Assembly: GCA_021776095.1 (NCBI GenBank)
Contig: JAJFGO010000098.1
Location: forward strand, 23,094-87,093
Direction: 5' to 3'
Source of the DNA: Kiloniellaceae bacterium
GTDB lineage: Bacteria > Pseudomonadota > Alphaproteobacteria > Kiloniellales > J153
Length of the DNA stretch: 64,000 nucleotides
Shown: positions 1 to 10,124 of the stretch, piece by piece
How the letters are laid out: every line of letters starts with the position of its first letter
Position numbering within the stretch: the stretch's first letter is position 1
The notes under the pieces: generated by a model
Told to the model about the DNA's origin: nothing
The model's database searches: none
The model's input: the letters and a program-made list of their open reading frames with translations, nothing else
Translations under genes and position numbers: made by a program

Positions 1-161
1 TGATGCGCGAGGGCCAATTGAAGTCCCCGGGCGCGCCGGCACGGGTCAAGGCACGGGCGCCAGCCAAGTCGGCGCGCGCCGCCGAGGGCGCGCTCGACCT
101 GCGGGCCGTCATTACGGAATTGAGCGAATTGCGCGATATCCTGCGTGGCGCCGCCGGCTAG
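1..161 (+). CDS. 3' end of an unidentified protein-coding gene (partial, runs off the window start)
   Basis: Frame 3 is open from the window edge to TAG at 159-161 (...LDLRAVITELSELRDILRGAAG*). Third codon positions are GC-rich like neighbouring genes. No recognisable domain in the visible codons. Confidence 0.3.
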   Translation, partial: MREGQLKSPGAPARVKARAPAKSARAAEGALDLRAVITELSELRDILRGAAG

Positions 162-263
162 GTCCGGAGCTTCCAAAAACAGCACCAGGGCCGCATTGCC
201 AGGGCCTCCGGCCGCAGTTATATAGTGGCCTCGATCGGCTCGGGCCCAGGCCCGGCGGCGGGG

Positions 264-340
264 CGGAGCGTGGCGCAGTCTGGTAGCGCACTTGGCTGGG
301 GGCCAAGGGGTCGCAGGTTCGAATCCTGCCGCTCCGACCA
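264..340 (+). tRNA. tRNA-Pro (anticodon GGG)
   Basis: 77-nt cloverleaf folded by hand. Acceptor CGGAGCG/CGCTCCG, D-stem GCGC/GCGC, anticodon stem CTTGG/CCAAG. Anticodon loop is CT-GGG-GG with G37. T-arm GCAGG-TTCGAAT-CCTGC, discriminator A, encoded CCA. Confidence 0.93.
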
Positions 341-341
341 A

Positions 342-363
342 TTCGGCGAAACCCGCAGCCGAA
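342..363. terminator. Short hairpin between the tRNA 3' end and the convergent kinase gene; possible bidirectional terminator
   Basis: TTCGGC (342-347) and GCCGAA (358-363) form perfect 6-bp arms around a 10-nt loop, directly after the tRNA CCA. The U-tracts are weak, so confidence is low. Confidence 0.3.
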
Positions 364-402
364 ATCCCTAAAATAGACAATATTCAGATCGCGTGCGTGC
401 GC

Positions 403-2025
403 TCAGCCGGCCGGCTTTCTTTTGCGCCTCGCTTGTCGCTTCACTTGGCTGACCGTTTCACCTGGGGGATTGGGTCCGCACTCGCTCTTCGCCTCCGGCA
501 CTGCGGTGCGCGACCGGTCGAAACGGACAGTTACTGTCGTGCCTTCGCCCAGTGTACTCTCGATATCCAAGGTTGCCCCGTGTAGATCAGCGAAGCGCTT
601 GGCGAGCGGCAGGCCCAGGCCGGTGCCTTCGAATTGCCGGGCCAACCCGCTGTCGACCTGACCGAAGATCGCTAAGGCCTTGGGAATGTCCTCCGGTGCC
701 ATGCCAATCCCATTGTCGCAGACCTGGATTACGCAGCCTAGCGCGTTATCGCGCCAGGCCTTGATGGCGACCGTACCGCCGTTGGGCGTGAACTTGATCG
801 CGTTGGATACCAAGTTGAGCAGGATCTGCCTGAACTTTTGCGGATCAGCACGGATGGTCAGCGGGTCTTCCGGCAACTCGGTGGCTAGGTTTACTTTGGC
901 CTCTTCCGACCAACCGCGGACCAAAGCGAGGCACGAGACGATATTGTCGGCGACCACCATATCGACCTCGACCAACTCATCCTGGCCAGCTTCGATTTTG
1001 GAGAGGTCCAGGATATTGTTGATGATCGCCAGCAGATGCCGCCCGGCGCCGCTGATGTCTTTCAAATAGTCGACATACTTCCGGTTCCGGATCGGGCCGA
1101 AGATCTCCTGCAACATACTGTCCGAGAACCCAATCACTGCGTTTAGGGGCGTGCGCAGTTCGTGGCTCATGTTGGCCAGGAATTCTGATTTGGCTTGATT
1201 GGCGGCCTCGGCGGCCTGGCTGGCGGATATCAAGGCCTTTTCGACCCGTATCCGCTCTGCGATCTCGCGCTGGAGTTCTTGATTTCGGGCCTGGATGCTC
1301 TCGCGGCTGGCCAGGAGGTCCTTGTACTGGACCTTCAGGATTCCATCGGCTCGGCGTGCGATCAAATAAAGCGCCCCGTAAAGCGAAGCGAAGGCGATCA
1401 GGATCACCACGACCATGCCGGAAATGGTCTCGCGGATGCCGACCATCAGCTCGGTCACGTCGGTGTGCAATTCGAAGATACCTTCGACCTCGCCGTCGTC
1501 GCTGCGTATGGGCAGGTGGGTCTCGACCAGGTAGCGATCGCGCGCGTCGCCCGAGGGCATGAGGTATTCGGGCCGCCGCTGCAGGTCGCTGGATACGGTG
1601 CCGTCGATCGCTTCGGTGACCGCCTGGCTTTGTTCCGCTACCTCTTGGCCGATTTCGTCGATCAGCGAGGAGAACGCCAAATGTCCCTGGGCGGTATAGA
1701 TGCGAACCCGCAGGACCGGCAGGCCCCGGGTCAGGCCCTCCGTGGAAAGCTGCAAGGCATGAGTCTCGACGCTGGTTCGCAAGGCCGGCAGGTCGGTGCC
1801 GTCCACGGAGCGGAAATGAGTTTCGAAAGCGGGCCAAATCTGATCGGCAAACGACTGGGCGAGCCCGGCGTTCTCGTGCTCGGCGGCGGCGACCACCTCG
1901 TCCACCGCGACATAGCGATAGGTCGCGATCACACAGGCCGTGGCGATCACCACGACGACAGCGCTGGTCAGAGAAAAGTAGCGAAGCAGATTGAACATTC
2001 GAACCAGTCGTTCTTGCCGGACCAA
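403..2025 (-). CDS. Membrane sensor histidine kinase (two TM helices around a periplasmic domain of roughly 165 aa, then coiled coil, HisKA and HATPase_c)
   Basis: 540-aa ORF. H-box [20 protein letters not shown]-box LLNLVSNAIKF, G-boxes DNGIGM and [11 protein letters not shown]. Hydrophobic segments at about aa 20-36 and 200-222. The start may be the internal MFNLL. Confidence 0.9.
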   Translation of the reverse strand: MVRQERLVRMFNLLRYFSLTSAVVVVIATACVIATYRYVAVDEVVAAAEHENAGLAQSFADQIWPAFETHFRSVDGTDLPALRTSVETHALQLSTEGLTRGLPVLRVRIYTAQGHLAFSSLIDEIGQEVAEQSQAVTEAIDGTVSSDLQRRPEYLMPSGDARDRYLVETHLPIRSDDGEVEGIFELHTDVTELMVGIRETISGMVVVILIAFASLYGALYLIARRADGILKVQYKDLLASRESIQARNQELQREIAERIRVEKALISASQAAEAANQAKSEFLANMSHELRTPLNAVIGFSDSMLQEIFGPIRNRKYVDYLKDISGAGRHLLAIINNILDLSKIEAGQDELVEVDMVVADNIVSCLALVRGWSEEAKVNLATELPEDPLTIRADPQKFRQILLNLVSNAIKFTPNGGTVAIKAWRDNALGCVIQVCDNGIGMAPEDIPKALAIFGQVDSGLARQFEGTGLGLPLAKRFADLHGATLDIESTLGEGTTVTVRFDRSRTAVPEAKSECGPNPPGETVSQVKRQARRKRKPAG

Positions 2026-2240
2026 TCCGCAGGAGATGGTTAATAGGCCGTGAATATTTCAATATATTGTAGTTGTAGTAATATTAATAACTTGATAATA
2101 AAATTACTTATGCTTCAAATGTCACAGCAAAAGACACTAAGTGCTGCCTTTGTATTCAAAAATACAATATTATTGACATTTTGATTCCAAATTGCATCTC
2201 GGATCCTACGTTGCCCTGTGGTCCGGTGGATCAAAGCGGT

Positions 2241-2254
2241 TTGATCCAAATCAA
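2241..2254 (+). promoter_or_regulatory. FNR/FixK (anaerobox) binding site upstream of ccoN
   Basis: TTGATCCAAATCAA is a perfect match to TTGAT-N4-ATCAA. It lies 131 nt upstream of the ccoN ATG, the classic position for fixNOQP/ccoNOQP promoters. Confidence 0.8.
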
Positions 2255-2276
2255 AACATTGCTGCATTGCGGCATT

Positions 2277-2282
2277 TAATAT
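2277..2282 (+). promoter_or_regulatory. Candidate -10 hexamer of the FNR-dependent ccoN promoter
   Basis: A TAATAT hexamer. A transcription start about 7 nt downstream would put the FNR box centre (2247.5) near -41.5, which is class II geometry. Confidence 0.4.
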
Positions 2283-2384
2283 CAGATAAGTGACGCCCGC
2301 AGCGACGATGGGCGAGGCGGCGAGCCTTTGTCGGCTGACGGCCGCCGTATTGGGGGATTAGATTTCTAGCAAGGATCGGGACGC

Positions 2385-4043
2385 ATGACCGACGGACATA
2401 CGCGAGCCGTGGCCGGGACAACCTATGGGACGGGCGCGCTTTTGGTATTGGGGGCCATACTCGGCCTGTTCCTAGTGGCCGGGGCAACCGATTCCGTCAT
2501 GAGTTTTCATGGCGTCCTCTTCGTCGCGTTTTGCGTCCTAGGGGTCTATTGGCTGATAGCCAGGCAATTCGGTGGCGAGAAAGACGCCGGGCGGGCGGCG
2601 ACCGAGGACGCCCGCTACAACGATGGGGTGGTTCGCGCCGGGGTGATCGCCTCGACCTTTTGGGGCGTTGTCGGTTTCACCGTCGGCCTGGTTATCGCCT
2701 TGCAGTTGGCCTTTCCGGTCCTCAACCTCGACCTGCCATGGACCACCTTTGGGCGCTTGCGACCTTTGCATACCTCGGCGGTGGTTTTTGCCTTTGGCGG
2801 CAACGTCCTAATTGCAACCTCATTCCACGTGGTGCAACGGACCTGCCGGGCGCGCTTGGCCGGCGACTCAGCGTCTTGGTTCGTGTTCTGGGGCTACAAC
2901 CTCTTCATTGTGATCGCGGCCAGCGGCTATGTTCTGGGGGTCACGCAGGCGAAGGAATATGCCGAGCCGGAATGGTACGCCGATCTCTGGCTAACGGTGG
3001 TCTGGGTGGTCTATCTGCTGGTCTTCCTGGCGACCCTGTGGAAGCGCAAGGAACCGCATATTTACGTCGCCAACTGGTTCTATCTCGCCTTCATCGTCAC
3101 CGTCGCCATGCTGCATATCGTCAACGGCCTGGCCGTGCCGGTATCCTGGACCGGGACCGCGAGTTATTCGCTCTTCGCCGGCGTGCAAAGCGCACTGACC
3201 CAGTGGTGGTATGGGCATAACGCGGTCGGCTTCTTTCTGACCGCCGGCTTCCTGGGCATCATGTACTACTTCATTCCCAAGCAGGCCGAGCGTCCGGTCT
3301 ATTCGTACCGCCTGTCCATCGTCCATTTCTGGACCCTGATCTTCCTCTACATCTGGGCGGGGCCGCATCACTTGCACTACACCGCCCTGCCGGACTGGGC
3401 GCAGACCCTGGGCATGACCTTTTCGATCATGCTTTGGATGCCGTCCTGGGGCGGCATGATCAACGGCTTGATGACCCTTTCAGGCGCTTGGGACAAGCTG
3501 CGCACCGACCCGGTGATCCGCATGCTGGTCATTTCCGTCGCGTTCTACGGCATGAGCACCTTCGAAGGGCCGGTTATGTCGATCAAGGCGGTCAATTCGC
3601 TCAGCCACTACACGGACTGGACCATCGGGCATGTGCATTCCGGCGCACTCGGCTGGGTCGGATTCGTGAGCTTCGGGGCGATTTACTTCCTGACCCCGGT
3701 CTTGTGGCACCGCCAGCGCTTGTATTCGCTGAAGCTGGTCAACCTGCACTTCTGGGTCGCGACCATCGGCATCCTGCTCTACATCACGGCCATGTGGGTT
3801 TCGGGTATCCTGCAAGGCTTGATGTGGCGGGCCTACGATTCACTCGGCTTCCTCGAGTATTCCTTTGTCGAGACGGTTGAGGCCATGCACCCCTTCTATG
3901 TCATCCGCGCGGCCGGCGGGGCGCTGTTCGTCGTTGGCGGTCTGATCATGGCTTATAACGTTTGGCGGACCATACGCGGCGATTTGCGCGACGAGGCCCC
4001 CGTCTCCTCCCAGCCGTCGCTCGCCGCGACGCCGGCCGAGTAG
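2385..4043 (+). CDS. ccoN: cbb3-type cytochrome c oxidase subunit I (CcoN/FixN)
   Basis: 552-aa polytopic heme-copper oxidase. Motifs [23 protein letters not shown] and [15 protein letters not shown] lies upstream of the ATG. Followed by ccoOQP. Confidence 0.97.
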   Translation: MTDGHTRAVAGTTYGTGALLVLGAILGLFLVAGATDSVMSFHGVLFVAFCVLGVYWLIARQFGGEKDAGRAATEDARYNDGVVRAGVIASTFWGVVGFTVGLVIALQLAFPVLNLDLPWTTFGRLRPLHTSAVVFAFGGNVLIATSFHVVQRTCRARLAGDSASWFVFWGYNLFIVIAASGYVLGVTQAKEYAEPEWYADLWLTVVWVVYLLVFLATLWKRKEPHIYVANWFYLAFIVTVAMLHIVNGLAVPVSWTGTASYSLFAGVQSALTQWWYGHNAVGFFLTAGFLGIMYYFIPKQAERPVYSYRLSIVHFWTLIFLYIWAGPHHLHYTALPDWAQTLGMTFSIMLWMPSWGGMINGLMTLSGAWDKLRTDPVIRMLVISVAFYGMSTFEGPVMSIKAVNSLSHYTDWTIGHVHSGALGWVGFVSFGAIYFLTPVLWHRQRLYSLKLVNLHFWVATIGILLYITAMWVSGILQGLMWRAYDSLGFLEYSFVETVEAMHPFYVIRAAGGALFVVGGLIMAYNVWRTIRGDLRDEAPVSSQPSLAATPAE

Positions 4044-4054
4044 GGGAGGGCATC

Positions 4055-4780
4055 ATGATCAAGCACGCAACCATCGAGAAGAACTCCATCCTCCTCACCG
4101 TTTTGACCTTGATCGTGGTGTCGATCGGCGGCCTGGTCGAAATCGCGCCCCTGTTTTATTTGGAAAGCACGATTGAGAAGGTCGAGGGCATGCGCCCGTA
4201 TACGCCGCTCGAACTCGCTGGACGCAAGGTTTATATCCGCGAGGGTTGCTACAACTGCCACAGTCAGATGATCCGGCCCATGCGCGACGAGGTCGAGCGC
4301 TACGGCCACTACAGCCTGGCGGCAGAGAGCATGTACGACCATCCCTTCCAATGGGGTTCGAAGCGTACCGGACCGGATCTCGCACGCGTCGGCGGGCGCT
4401 ATTCCGACGACTGGCACGTCGCTCACATGATCGACCCGCGCGCCTTGGTGCCCGAATCGGTCATGCCGGGTTATCCCTTCCTGGCCGAGACGCCGCTCGA
4501 CTTCTCGCTCATCGAGGCCGAATTAAAGGCCAATCGGACCGTCGGCGTGCCCTATGACGACGTGATGATTGAAAATGCAGCGGCGGACCTGAAGGCGCAG
4601 GTCGATCCCGATGGCGAAGGTGTCGACGAAATGTTGGCGCGCTATCCGAAAGCGCAAGTGCGCGATTTCGACAGTAATCCCAGCATGATTTCGGAACTCG
4701 ACGCCATGATCGCCTACCTGCAAATCCTTGGCACTCTGGTCGATTTTGAGGCCTACCAAGCCGACGAAAACTTGCGTTAG
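4055..4780 (+). CDS. ccoO: cbb3-type cytochrome c oxidase subunit II, monoheme (CcoO/FixO)
   Basis: N-terminal TM anchor and heme-c motif [12 protein letters not shown] chose the ATG at 4055 ([10 protein letters not shown]) after GGGAGGG rather than the ORF-track start at 3962, which overlaps ccoN. Confidence 0.95.
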   Translation: MIKHATIEKNSILLTVLTLIVVSIGGLVEIAPLFYLESTIEKVEGMRPYTPLELAGRKVYIREGCYNCHSQMIRPMRDEVERYGHYSLAAESMYDHPFQWGSKRTGPDLARVGGRYSDDWHVAHMIDPRALVPESVMPGYPFLAETPLDFSLIEAELKANRTVGVPYDDVMIENAAADLKAQVDPDGEGVDEMLARYPKAQVRDFDSNPSMISELDAMIAYLQILGTLVDFEAYQADENLR

Positions 4781-4794
4781 AAAGGGCCGATTGG

Positions 4795-4944
4795 ATGACC
4801 TACGACGACGTTGTGTCCTTTTCAGGCTCGGCCGGCCTGATTTTTTTCATGGTGCTGTTCGCGGTGGTGCTGATCTACGCCCTGAGGCCGGGCAACAAGC
4901 GCAAGTTCGACGATGCGGCGCGCATCCCGTTTAAGGAGGACTGA
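4795..4944 (+). CDS. ccoQ: cbb3 oxidase small subunit CcoQ/FixQ (49 aa, single TM)
   Basis: Below the ORF-track size cutoff; translated by hand as MTYDDVVSFSGSAGLIFFMVLFAVVLIYALRPGNKRKFDDAARIPFKED*. One TM helix followed by a basic tail. It fits exactly between ccoO and ccoP. Confidence 0.8.
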   Translation: MTYDDVVSFSGSAGLIFFMVLFAVVLIYALRPGNKRKFDDAARIPFKED

Positions 4945-4945
4945 A

Positions 4946-5815
4946 GTGGCGGGAGATAAGCATATAGACGACCACAGCGGCGTCGAAACCACCGGGCACG
5001 AGTGGGACGGCATTCGGGAGCTGAACAACCCATTGCCGCGCTGGTGGCTGTGGACATTCTATATCTGCATCGTGTGGTCGGTCGGATATTGGGTCGTCAT
5101 GCCGGCTTGGCCTTTGGTCAGCAGCTACACGACCGGCGTCATCGGCTATTCCAGCCGGGCCCTGGTGGCGACGCGCATAGACGAAGCCAAGGCTGCCCAG
5201 GCACAGTATGTGGCGCGAATCGCCGATGCCACCCTGGAAGATGTTGAAGGCGATCCGGAGCTTCTGGAATTCGCCCTCGCCGGCGGCCGCTCGGCCTTCG
5301 CGGTCAATTGTTCGCAGTGTCATGGACGCGGTGCGGCCGGCGCGATCGGCTACCCGAACCTGAACGACGATTCCTGGTTATGGGGCGGCACCCTGGAGAA
5401 TATCGCCCACACCATTACCTACGGCGTGCGAAACGGCCACGACGAGGCGCGGTTCGGCCCCATGCCCGGGTTCTTGAGCGACCAAATCCTGGACCGGGCG
5501 CAGATTGACGATGTCGCCGAATACGTACTGTCCCTGGGCGGCCGCGCCGAGGACAGCGCCGCCGCCGAGCGAGGCGCCGCCGTCTTTGCCGAACAATGCG
5601 TGGCCTGCCACCAGGAGGGTGGCCTTGGGAACACGGAGCTCGGCGCGCCTAATATTGCCGACGGCATCTGGCTTTACGGTGGCGAGAGGGAGGCCATCGT
5701 CGAGACCGTCATGGCCGGCCGTGCCGGTGTCATGCCGACCTGGGGCGATCGCTTGAGTCCGGCCACCATCAAGCAGCTGGCGGTCTACGTTCACGCGTTG
5801 GGCGGCGGCCAGTAG
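4946..5815 (+). CDS. ccoP: cbb3-type cytochrome c oxidase subunit III, diheme (CcoP/FixP)
   Basis: Two CxxCH motifs (CSQCHG and CVACHQ) after an N-terminal TM segment. A GTG at 4946, 1 nt after the ccoQ stop, is preferred to the ORF-track start at 4913. Confidence 0.92.
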   Translation: MAGDKHIDDHSGVETTGHEWDGIRELNNPLPRWWLWTFYICIVWSVGYWVVMPAWPLVSSYTTGVIGYSSRALVATRIDEAKAAQAQYVARIADATLEDVEGDPELLEFALAGGRSAFAVNCSQCHGRGAAGAIGYPNLNDDSWLWGGTLENIAHTITYGVRNGHDEARFGPMPGFLSDQILDRAQIDDVAEYVLSLGGRAEDSAAAERGAAVFAEQCVACHQEGGLGNTELGAPNIADGIWLYGGEREAIVETVMAGRAGVMPTWGDRLSPATIKQLAVYVHALGGGQ

Positions 5816-5881
5816 GCTCTTGTCCGCAAGTCTTTTGTATTAGTCTTGCCTTATGGATGAGATGGGCCAAATTAACGCTAG

Positions 5882-7402
5882 ATGGAACAGATCGTCAGCG
5901 CGCAGAAACCGGCCCCGGCGGCCGGAGCAGACGCCTCTCCGGTGCAGGCGGCGGCGGGGGTCGAGCGCGTTGACGCTGCCGCGGTCAACCGCAAGGAAAC
6001 CCGCTCGCTTTATCAAAAGCGAATCAAGATCTTTTCCAAACGGGCCCGGGGCGCGTTCCGAAAGCTGAAATGGGCGGTCCTAGCCATGACCCTGGGGGTG
6101 TATTACGTGGCGCCCTGGTTACGATGGGACCGGGGCACGAGCGCGCCGGACCAGGCAATCCTGATCGATATCCCGGCTCGCCGCTTCTATTTCTTCTTCA
6201 TCGAGATCTGGCCGCAGGAAGTCTATTACCTGACCGGCATTTTGATTCTTTCCGGCTTGGCTTTGTTCCTGGCAACGTCTTTGTTCGGCCGGGTTTGGTG
6301 TGGCTATACCTGCCCGCAAACGGTTTGGACCGATCTCTTTATCTTTGTCGAGCGCCTGATCGAAGGCGACCGCGGCGCGCGCATCCGGCTGGAAAAGGCG
6401 CCTTGGGGCGCCCATAAGATCGCGTTGCGGGTGGTCAAGCACGCCCTCTGGATCGTTATCGCGGTGCTGACCGGCGGCGCTTGGGTGTTCTATTTCGCCG
6501 ACGCACCCAGTCTGCTGGTTGCCCTGGCCACCTTGCAGGCGCCTGCCATCGCCTATATCGCCATCGGCGTCTTGACCTGCACCACCTATTTGCTGGGCGG
6601 TATCGCGCGCGAACAGGTCTGTACTTACATGTGCCCGTGGCCGCGCATACAGGCCGCGATGACCGACGTCGACTCGATGATCGTCACCTACCGGGACTAC
6701 CGGGGCGAGCCGCGTGGCCCCCATCGCAAGAGCGAACCTTGGGAAGGTCGGGGTGATTGCATAGATTGCAATGCCTGCGTCGCAGTCTGCCCCATGGGGA
6801 TCGACATTCGCGACGGATCGCAGCTCGAATGCATCAACTGCGGCCTGTGCATCGACGCTTGCGATGAGGTTATGAGTAAAGTTGGGCGGCCACTGAAGTT
6901 AATCGCCTACGATACCTTCGCGAACGTAGACCGGCGCGCGGCGGGGCAGGACGCGCGGTACAGCCTGCTGCGGACCCGGCCCCTGATCTATGTCGGCCTG
7001 ATGGTCGTCGTCGGTTCGCTCATGCTGTTCGGGCTGACGACCAGGTCGGCGCTCGATCTCAATGTCTTGCGGGACCGAAACCCGTTATTCGTCACCCTGT
7101 CGGATGGGGCGATCCGCAACGGATATACGGTCAAGGTCATCAACAAGCAGCACGAAGCCCGCGAATTTCGCTTGGACGTGGAGGGCCTTGCCGGTCGCCG
7201 GATCGATGTGGTCGGCCTGGAATCCGAGGGCCCGCCGGTGCTCAGGGTCAAGGCCGACAAGCTGGCTGCCTACCGGGTTTTCCTTAGCGCGCCACGCGAA
7301 TCCTTGATCGACGAATCTGTGCCCATTGTGTTTCGGGTGACGGACACGCTGGATGGTAGCGAGATCGTCTACGACGCGGTCTTCCGCGGACCGGGGTCGT
7401 GA
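5882..7402 (+). CDS. ccoG: cbb3 oxidase accessory protein CcoG/FixG (membrane 4Fe-4S ferredoxin-type, cupric reductase family)
   Basis: 506 aa. Cys motifs CGYTCPQ, CTYMCPW, CIDCNACVAVCP and CINCGLCIDAC, plus several TM helices. Confidence 0.93.
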   Translation: MEQIVSAQKPAPAAGADASPVQAAAGVERVDAAAVNRKETRSLYQKRIKIFSKRARGAFRKLKWAVLAMTLGVYYVAPWLRWDRGTSAPDQAILIDIPARRFYFFFIEIWPQEVYYLTGILILSGLALFLATSLFGRVWCGYTCPQTVWTDLFIFVERLIEGDRGARIRLEKAPWGAHKIALRVVKHALWIVIAVLTGGAWVFYFADAPSLLVALATLQAPAIAYIAIGVLTCTTYLLGGIAREQVCTYMCPWPRIQAAMTDVDSMIVTYRDYRGEPRGPHRKSEPWEGRGDCIDCNACVAVCPMGIDIRDGSQLECINCGLCIDACDEVMSKVGRPLKLIAYDTFANVDRRAAGQDARYSLLRTRPLIYVGLMVVVGSLMLFGLTTRSALDLNVLRDRNPLFVTLSDGAIRNGYTVKVINKQHEAREFRLDVEGLAGRRIDVVGLESEGPPVLRVKADKLAAYRVFLSAPRESLIDESVPIVFRVTDTLDGSEIVYDAVFRGPGS

Positions 7403-7893
7403 GCGCCATGGCTGCGCGTACTCTTACCGGGCGCCACGTACTGTACGGCTTGCTCGCTTTTTTCGGGGTCGTGGCCGCCGCCAATGCGGTTTTCATCTTT
7501 CTGGCGATCGATTCTTTTACTGGGCTCAGCACCGACAATCCTTATCAGCGCGGGGTCGCCTACAACGAAACCCTGAGGGCGCGCGCGGCGCAGCGTGCCC
7601 AGGGTTGGCGCGCCGAGGTCGCGTTCGAGGAGGTGAGCGATGGCAAGGGCGTGCTGCATGCCACCCTGCGCGATCGCAACGGCGCCCCTTTGGAAGACCT
7701 GCAGGTGAGGGGGCAGATCCGCCGTCCGACCCATAGCGGCTATGACCAAGACGTGACCCTGGCGCGCGCGGCCGACGGCGTTTACGCGGTTGAGTTGGCC
7801 TTGCCTCTGCGCGGACAGTGGGACGTTCGCCTGACCGCTGAGGCGCGCGACGGCAGGCGTCTCGAGATGGAGCGGCGTCTATGGCTGAAGTGA
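7399..7893 (+). CDS. ccoH: FixH/CcoH family assembly protein
   Basis: 164 aa. N-terminal TM helix (GLLAFFGVVAAANAVFIFLAI) followed by a soluble domain. Its start overlaps the ccoG stop (GTGA). It sits between ccoG and ccoI. Confidence 0.85.
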   Translation: MSAMAARTLTGRHVLYGLLAFFGVVAAANAVFIFLAIDSFTGLSTDNPYQRGVAYNETLRARAAQRAQGWRAEVAFEEVSDGKGVLHATLRDRNGAPLEDLQVRGQIRRPTHSGYDQDVTLARAADGVYAVELALPLRGQWDVRLTAEARDGRRLEMERRLWLK

Positions 7894-10124
7894 CCCTGGC
7901 GCGGCGCGATGCCTTTGATTTGCCGGAAGACTCCTGGCGCGGGTTTTCCGACCCGTCCGCCTATATCCGGGTCCGGGCCGATGGCACGGCGGAGCTCGAC
8001 CTGGTGGTCGAAAACCTGCATTGCCCCGGTTGCATTCCGAAAATCGAAGGCGCGGTGAAGCGCCTGCCCGGCGTGCTGCACGCCCGGGTCAATCTGAGCA
8101 CAAAGCGCCTACATCTGCACTGGCGGCCGGACGCCGTCGAGCCGTCGGCGTTGCTCGGCGCCGTCGCCGGGCAGGGATTCCGCCTCGCGCCCTACGATCC
8201 GGGCGCGCTCGCCAGCAGCGGCGCTGACGATACCAAGGCCCTGCTGCGTGCCCTGGCCGTGGCCGGCTTCGCGGCTGGCAATGTCATGCTGCTATCGGTC
8301 TCGGTCTGGAGCGGTCTGGTTTCCGACATGGGGCCGGCGACCCGCGACCTGTTTCATTGGGTCTCGGCGCTGATCGCTTTGCCGGCGGTCGCCTTTGCCG
8401 GGCAGCCGTTTTTCCGCTCCGCCCTGACCGCCTTGCGCGGGCACCGGCTGAACATGGACGTGCCGATCTCGCTTGCCGTCATCCTGGCCTCGGGCATGAG
8501 CTTGGTCGAAACCCTGGCCAGCGGCGATTACGTCTATTTCGACGCCGCGGTGATGTTGCTGTTTTTCCTGTTGATCGGCCGTTACCTGGACCTGCGTACG
8601 CGCGGACAGGCCCGCTCGGCGGCTGAGAACTTGATGCTCCTGCGGGCCCAGGGGGCCAGCGTCCTGACCGCCGACGGCGAAAGGCGCGCGCTGCCCATTG
8701 CGGAAATCGGCCCCGGCATGCGGGTTCTGGTGGCGGCGGGCGAGCGGGTGCCGGTCGACGGCCGGATTGCCCGGGGCCGCTCAGACCTTGATACCAGCCT
8801 GGTGACCGGGGAAAGCGTGCCCCGCGCTGCCGCGCCTGGCACGGAGATTTTTGCCGGAACGCTCAATTTAACGAGCCTCTTGGAGGTCGAAGTTACGGCA
8901 GTAGGCGAGGGTACCCTGCTGGCCGAGATTGTCCGTCTCATGGAAGCGGCTGAGCAGTGCCGCGCGCGCTACGTCCGCTTGGCCGACCGCATGGCCCGAA
9001 TCTATGCCCCGGCGGTCCATATCCTGGCCGCGGTCAGCTTTCTGGGCTGGCTCGCCTTTGGCGGTTTGGGATGGCAGGAGGCCTTGCTGATCGCGGTGGC
9101 GGTCTTGATCGTCACCTGTCCCTGCGCCCTCGGTCTGGCGGTTCCGGCGGTTCAGGTCGCCGCCGTTGGCCGCTTGCTGCGCGGCGGCGTATTGGTCAAA
9201 TCCGCCGACGGCCTGGAGCGCCTGGCCCAGGTCGATACGGTTATCTTCGACAAGACCGGGACCTTGACCCAGGGCTGGCCCGAGCCGACCAACCTCACTG
9301 AGATCGCGGTGGCGGACCAGCGCCTGGCGGCGAGTATGGCGGCTGCCAGCCGCCATCCCCTGTCCCGTGCCCTGTGTCGGACCGTGGGCCCGGTTGGGAT
9401 TCCTGAGACTGAGGTCCGTGAAGAACCGGGCCTGGGCTTGGCAATGATCTTGGATGGGCGGGAGGTTCGCTTAGGCAATCGGGAATGGTGCGGCGTTCCC
9501 ACGTCACAGAGCAGCGCCGTCGAGAGCGAGCTTTGGCTGGCGGTGCCGGGCCGGGCACCGGTGCGCTTCGCGTTCCGGGATGCGCCGCGCGCCGATGCCG
9601 CCCGCACAGTGGCCTGGCTGAAGGATCGTGGCCTGGCGGTCGAGTTATTGTCCGGCGACCGGGAACCGGCGGCACGGGAAATCGCGCGGGCCCTGGGTAT
9701 CGACCGCTGGGCTGGCGAACGCCGGCCGGCGGACAAGATCGCCCGGCTGGAAGTCCTGGCCGCCGACGGCCACAAGGTCCTGATGGTCGGGGATGGCCTG
9801 AACGACGCGCCGGCCCTGGCCGCGGCCTTCGCGTCCGCCTCGCCGGCCGAGGCGGCGGATATCAGCCAGACCGCCGCCGACTTTGTGATCCAGGGCGATG
9901 GTCTTTCGCCCCTGGCCGAAGCGATGCGGGTCGGTGTCGCTTCGCGCCGGCTGATCCTGCAGAACTTCGCCCTGGCACTGGGCTATAACGCCATCGCCGT
10001 GCCCCTGGCAATGGCTGGCTTGGTGACCCCCTTGATCGCCGCTCTGGCCATGTCGGCGTCCTCGATCGCGGTCACCCTCAATGCCTTGCGCCTGAGCCTG
10101 GCCCGCCGGGAGGCGCGACTATGA
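7881..10124 (+). CDS. ccoI: Copper-translocating P1B-type ATPase CcoI/FixI
   Basis: 747 aa. N-terminal metal-binding CPGC, TM motif CPC (VTCPCALG), phosphorylation site DKTGTLT, hinge GDGLNDAPAL. Confidence 0.93.
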   Translation: MAEVTLARRDAFDLPEDSWRGFSDPSAYIRVRADGTAELDLVVENLHCPGCIPKIEGAVKRLPGVLHARVNLSTKRLHLHWRPDAVEPSALLGAVAGQGFRLAPYDPGALASSGADDTKALLRALAVAGFAAGNVMLLSVSVWSGLVSDMGPATRDLFHWVSALIALPAVAFAGQPFFRSALTALRGHRLNMDVPISLAVILASGMSLVETLASGDYVYFDAAVMLLFFLLIGRYLDLRTRGQARSAAENLMLLRAQGASVLTADGERRALPIAEIGPGMRVLVAAGERVPVDGRIARGRSDLDTSLVTGESVPRAAAPGTEIFAGTLNLTSLLEVEVTAVGEGTLLAEIVRLMEAAEQCRARYVRLADRMARIYAPAVHILAAVSFLGWLAFGGLGWQEALLIAVAVLIVTCPCALGLAVPAVQVAAVGRLLRGGVLVKSADGLERLAQVDTVIFDKTGTLTQGWPEPTNLTEIAVADQRLAASMAAASRHPLSRALCRTVGPVGIPETEVREEPGLGLAMILDGREVRLGNREWCGVPTSQSSAVESELWLAVPGRAPVRFAFRDAPRADAARTVAWLKDRGLAVELLSGDREPAAREIARALGIDRWAGERRPADKIARLEVLAADGHKVLMVGDGLNDAPALAAAFASASPAEAADISQTAADFVIQGDGLSPLAEAMRVGVASRRLILQNFALALGYNAIAVPLAMAGLVTPLIAALAMSASSIAVTLNALRLSLARREARL

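Noticed and set aside
264-340. tRNA-Pro as the attachment site of a genomic island.
   Set aside because: There is no integrase next to it, and I did not notice a direct repeat of the tRNA 3' end anywhere in the window. The adjacent genes are ordinary chromosomal ones (kinase, cco locus).
2181-2194. A second FNR-like box, TTGATTCCAAATTG, in the cco upstream region.
   Set aside because: Only the left half-site matches. The right half (AATTG versus ATCAA) fails at most positions.
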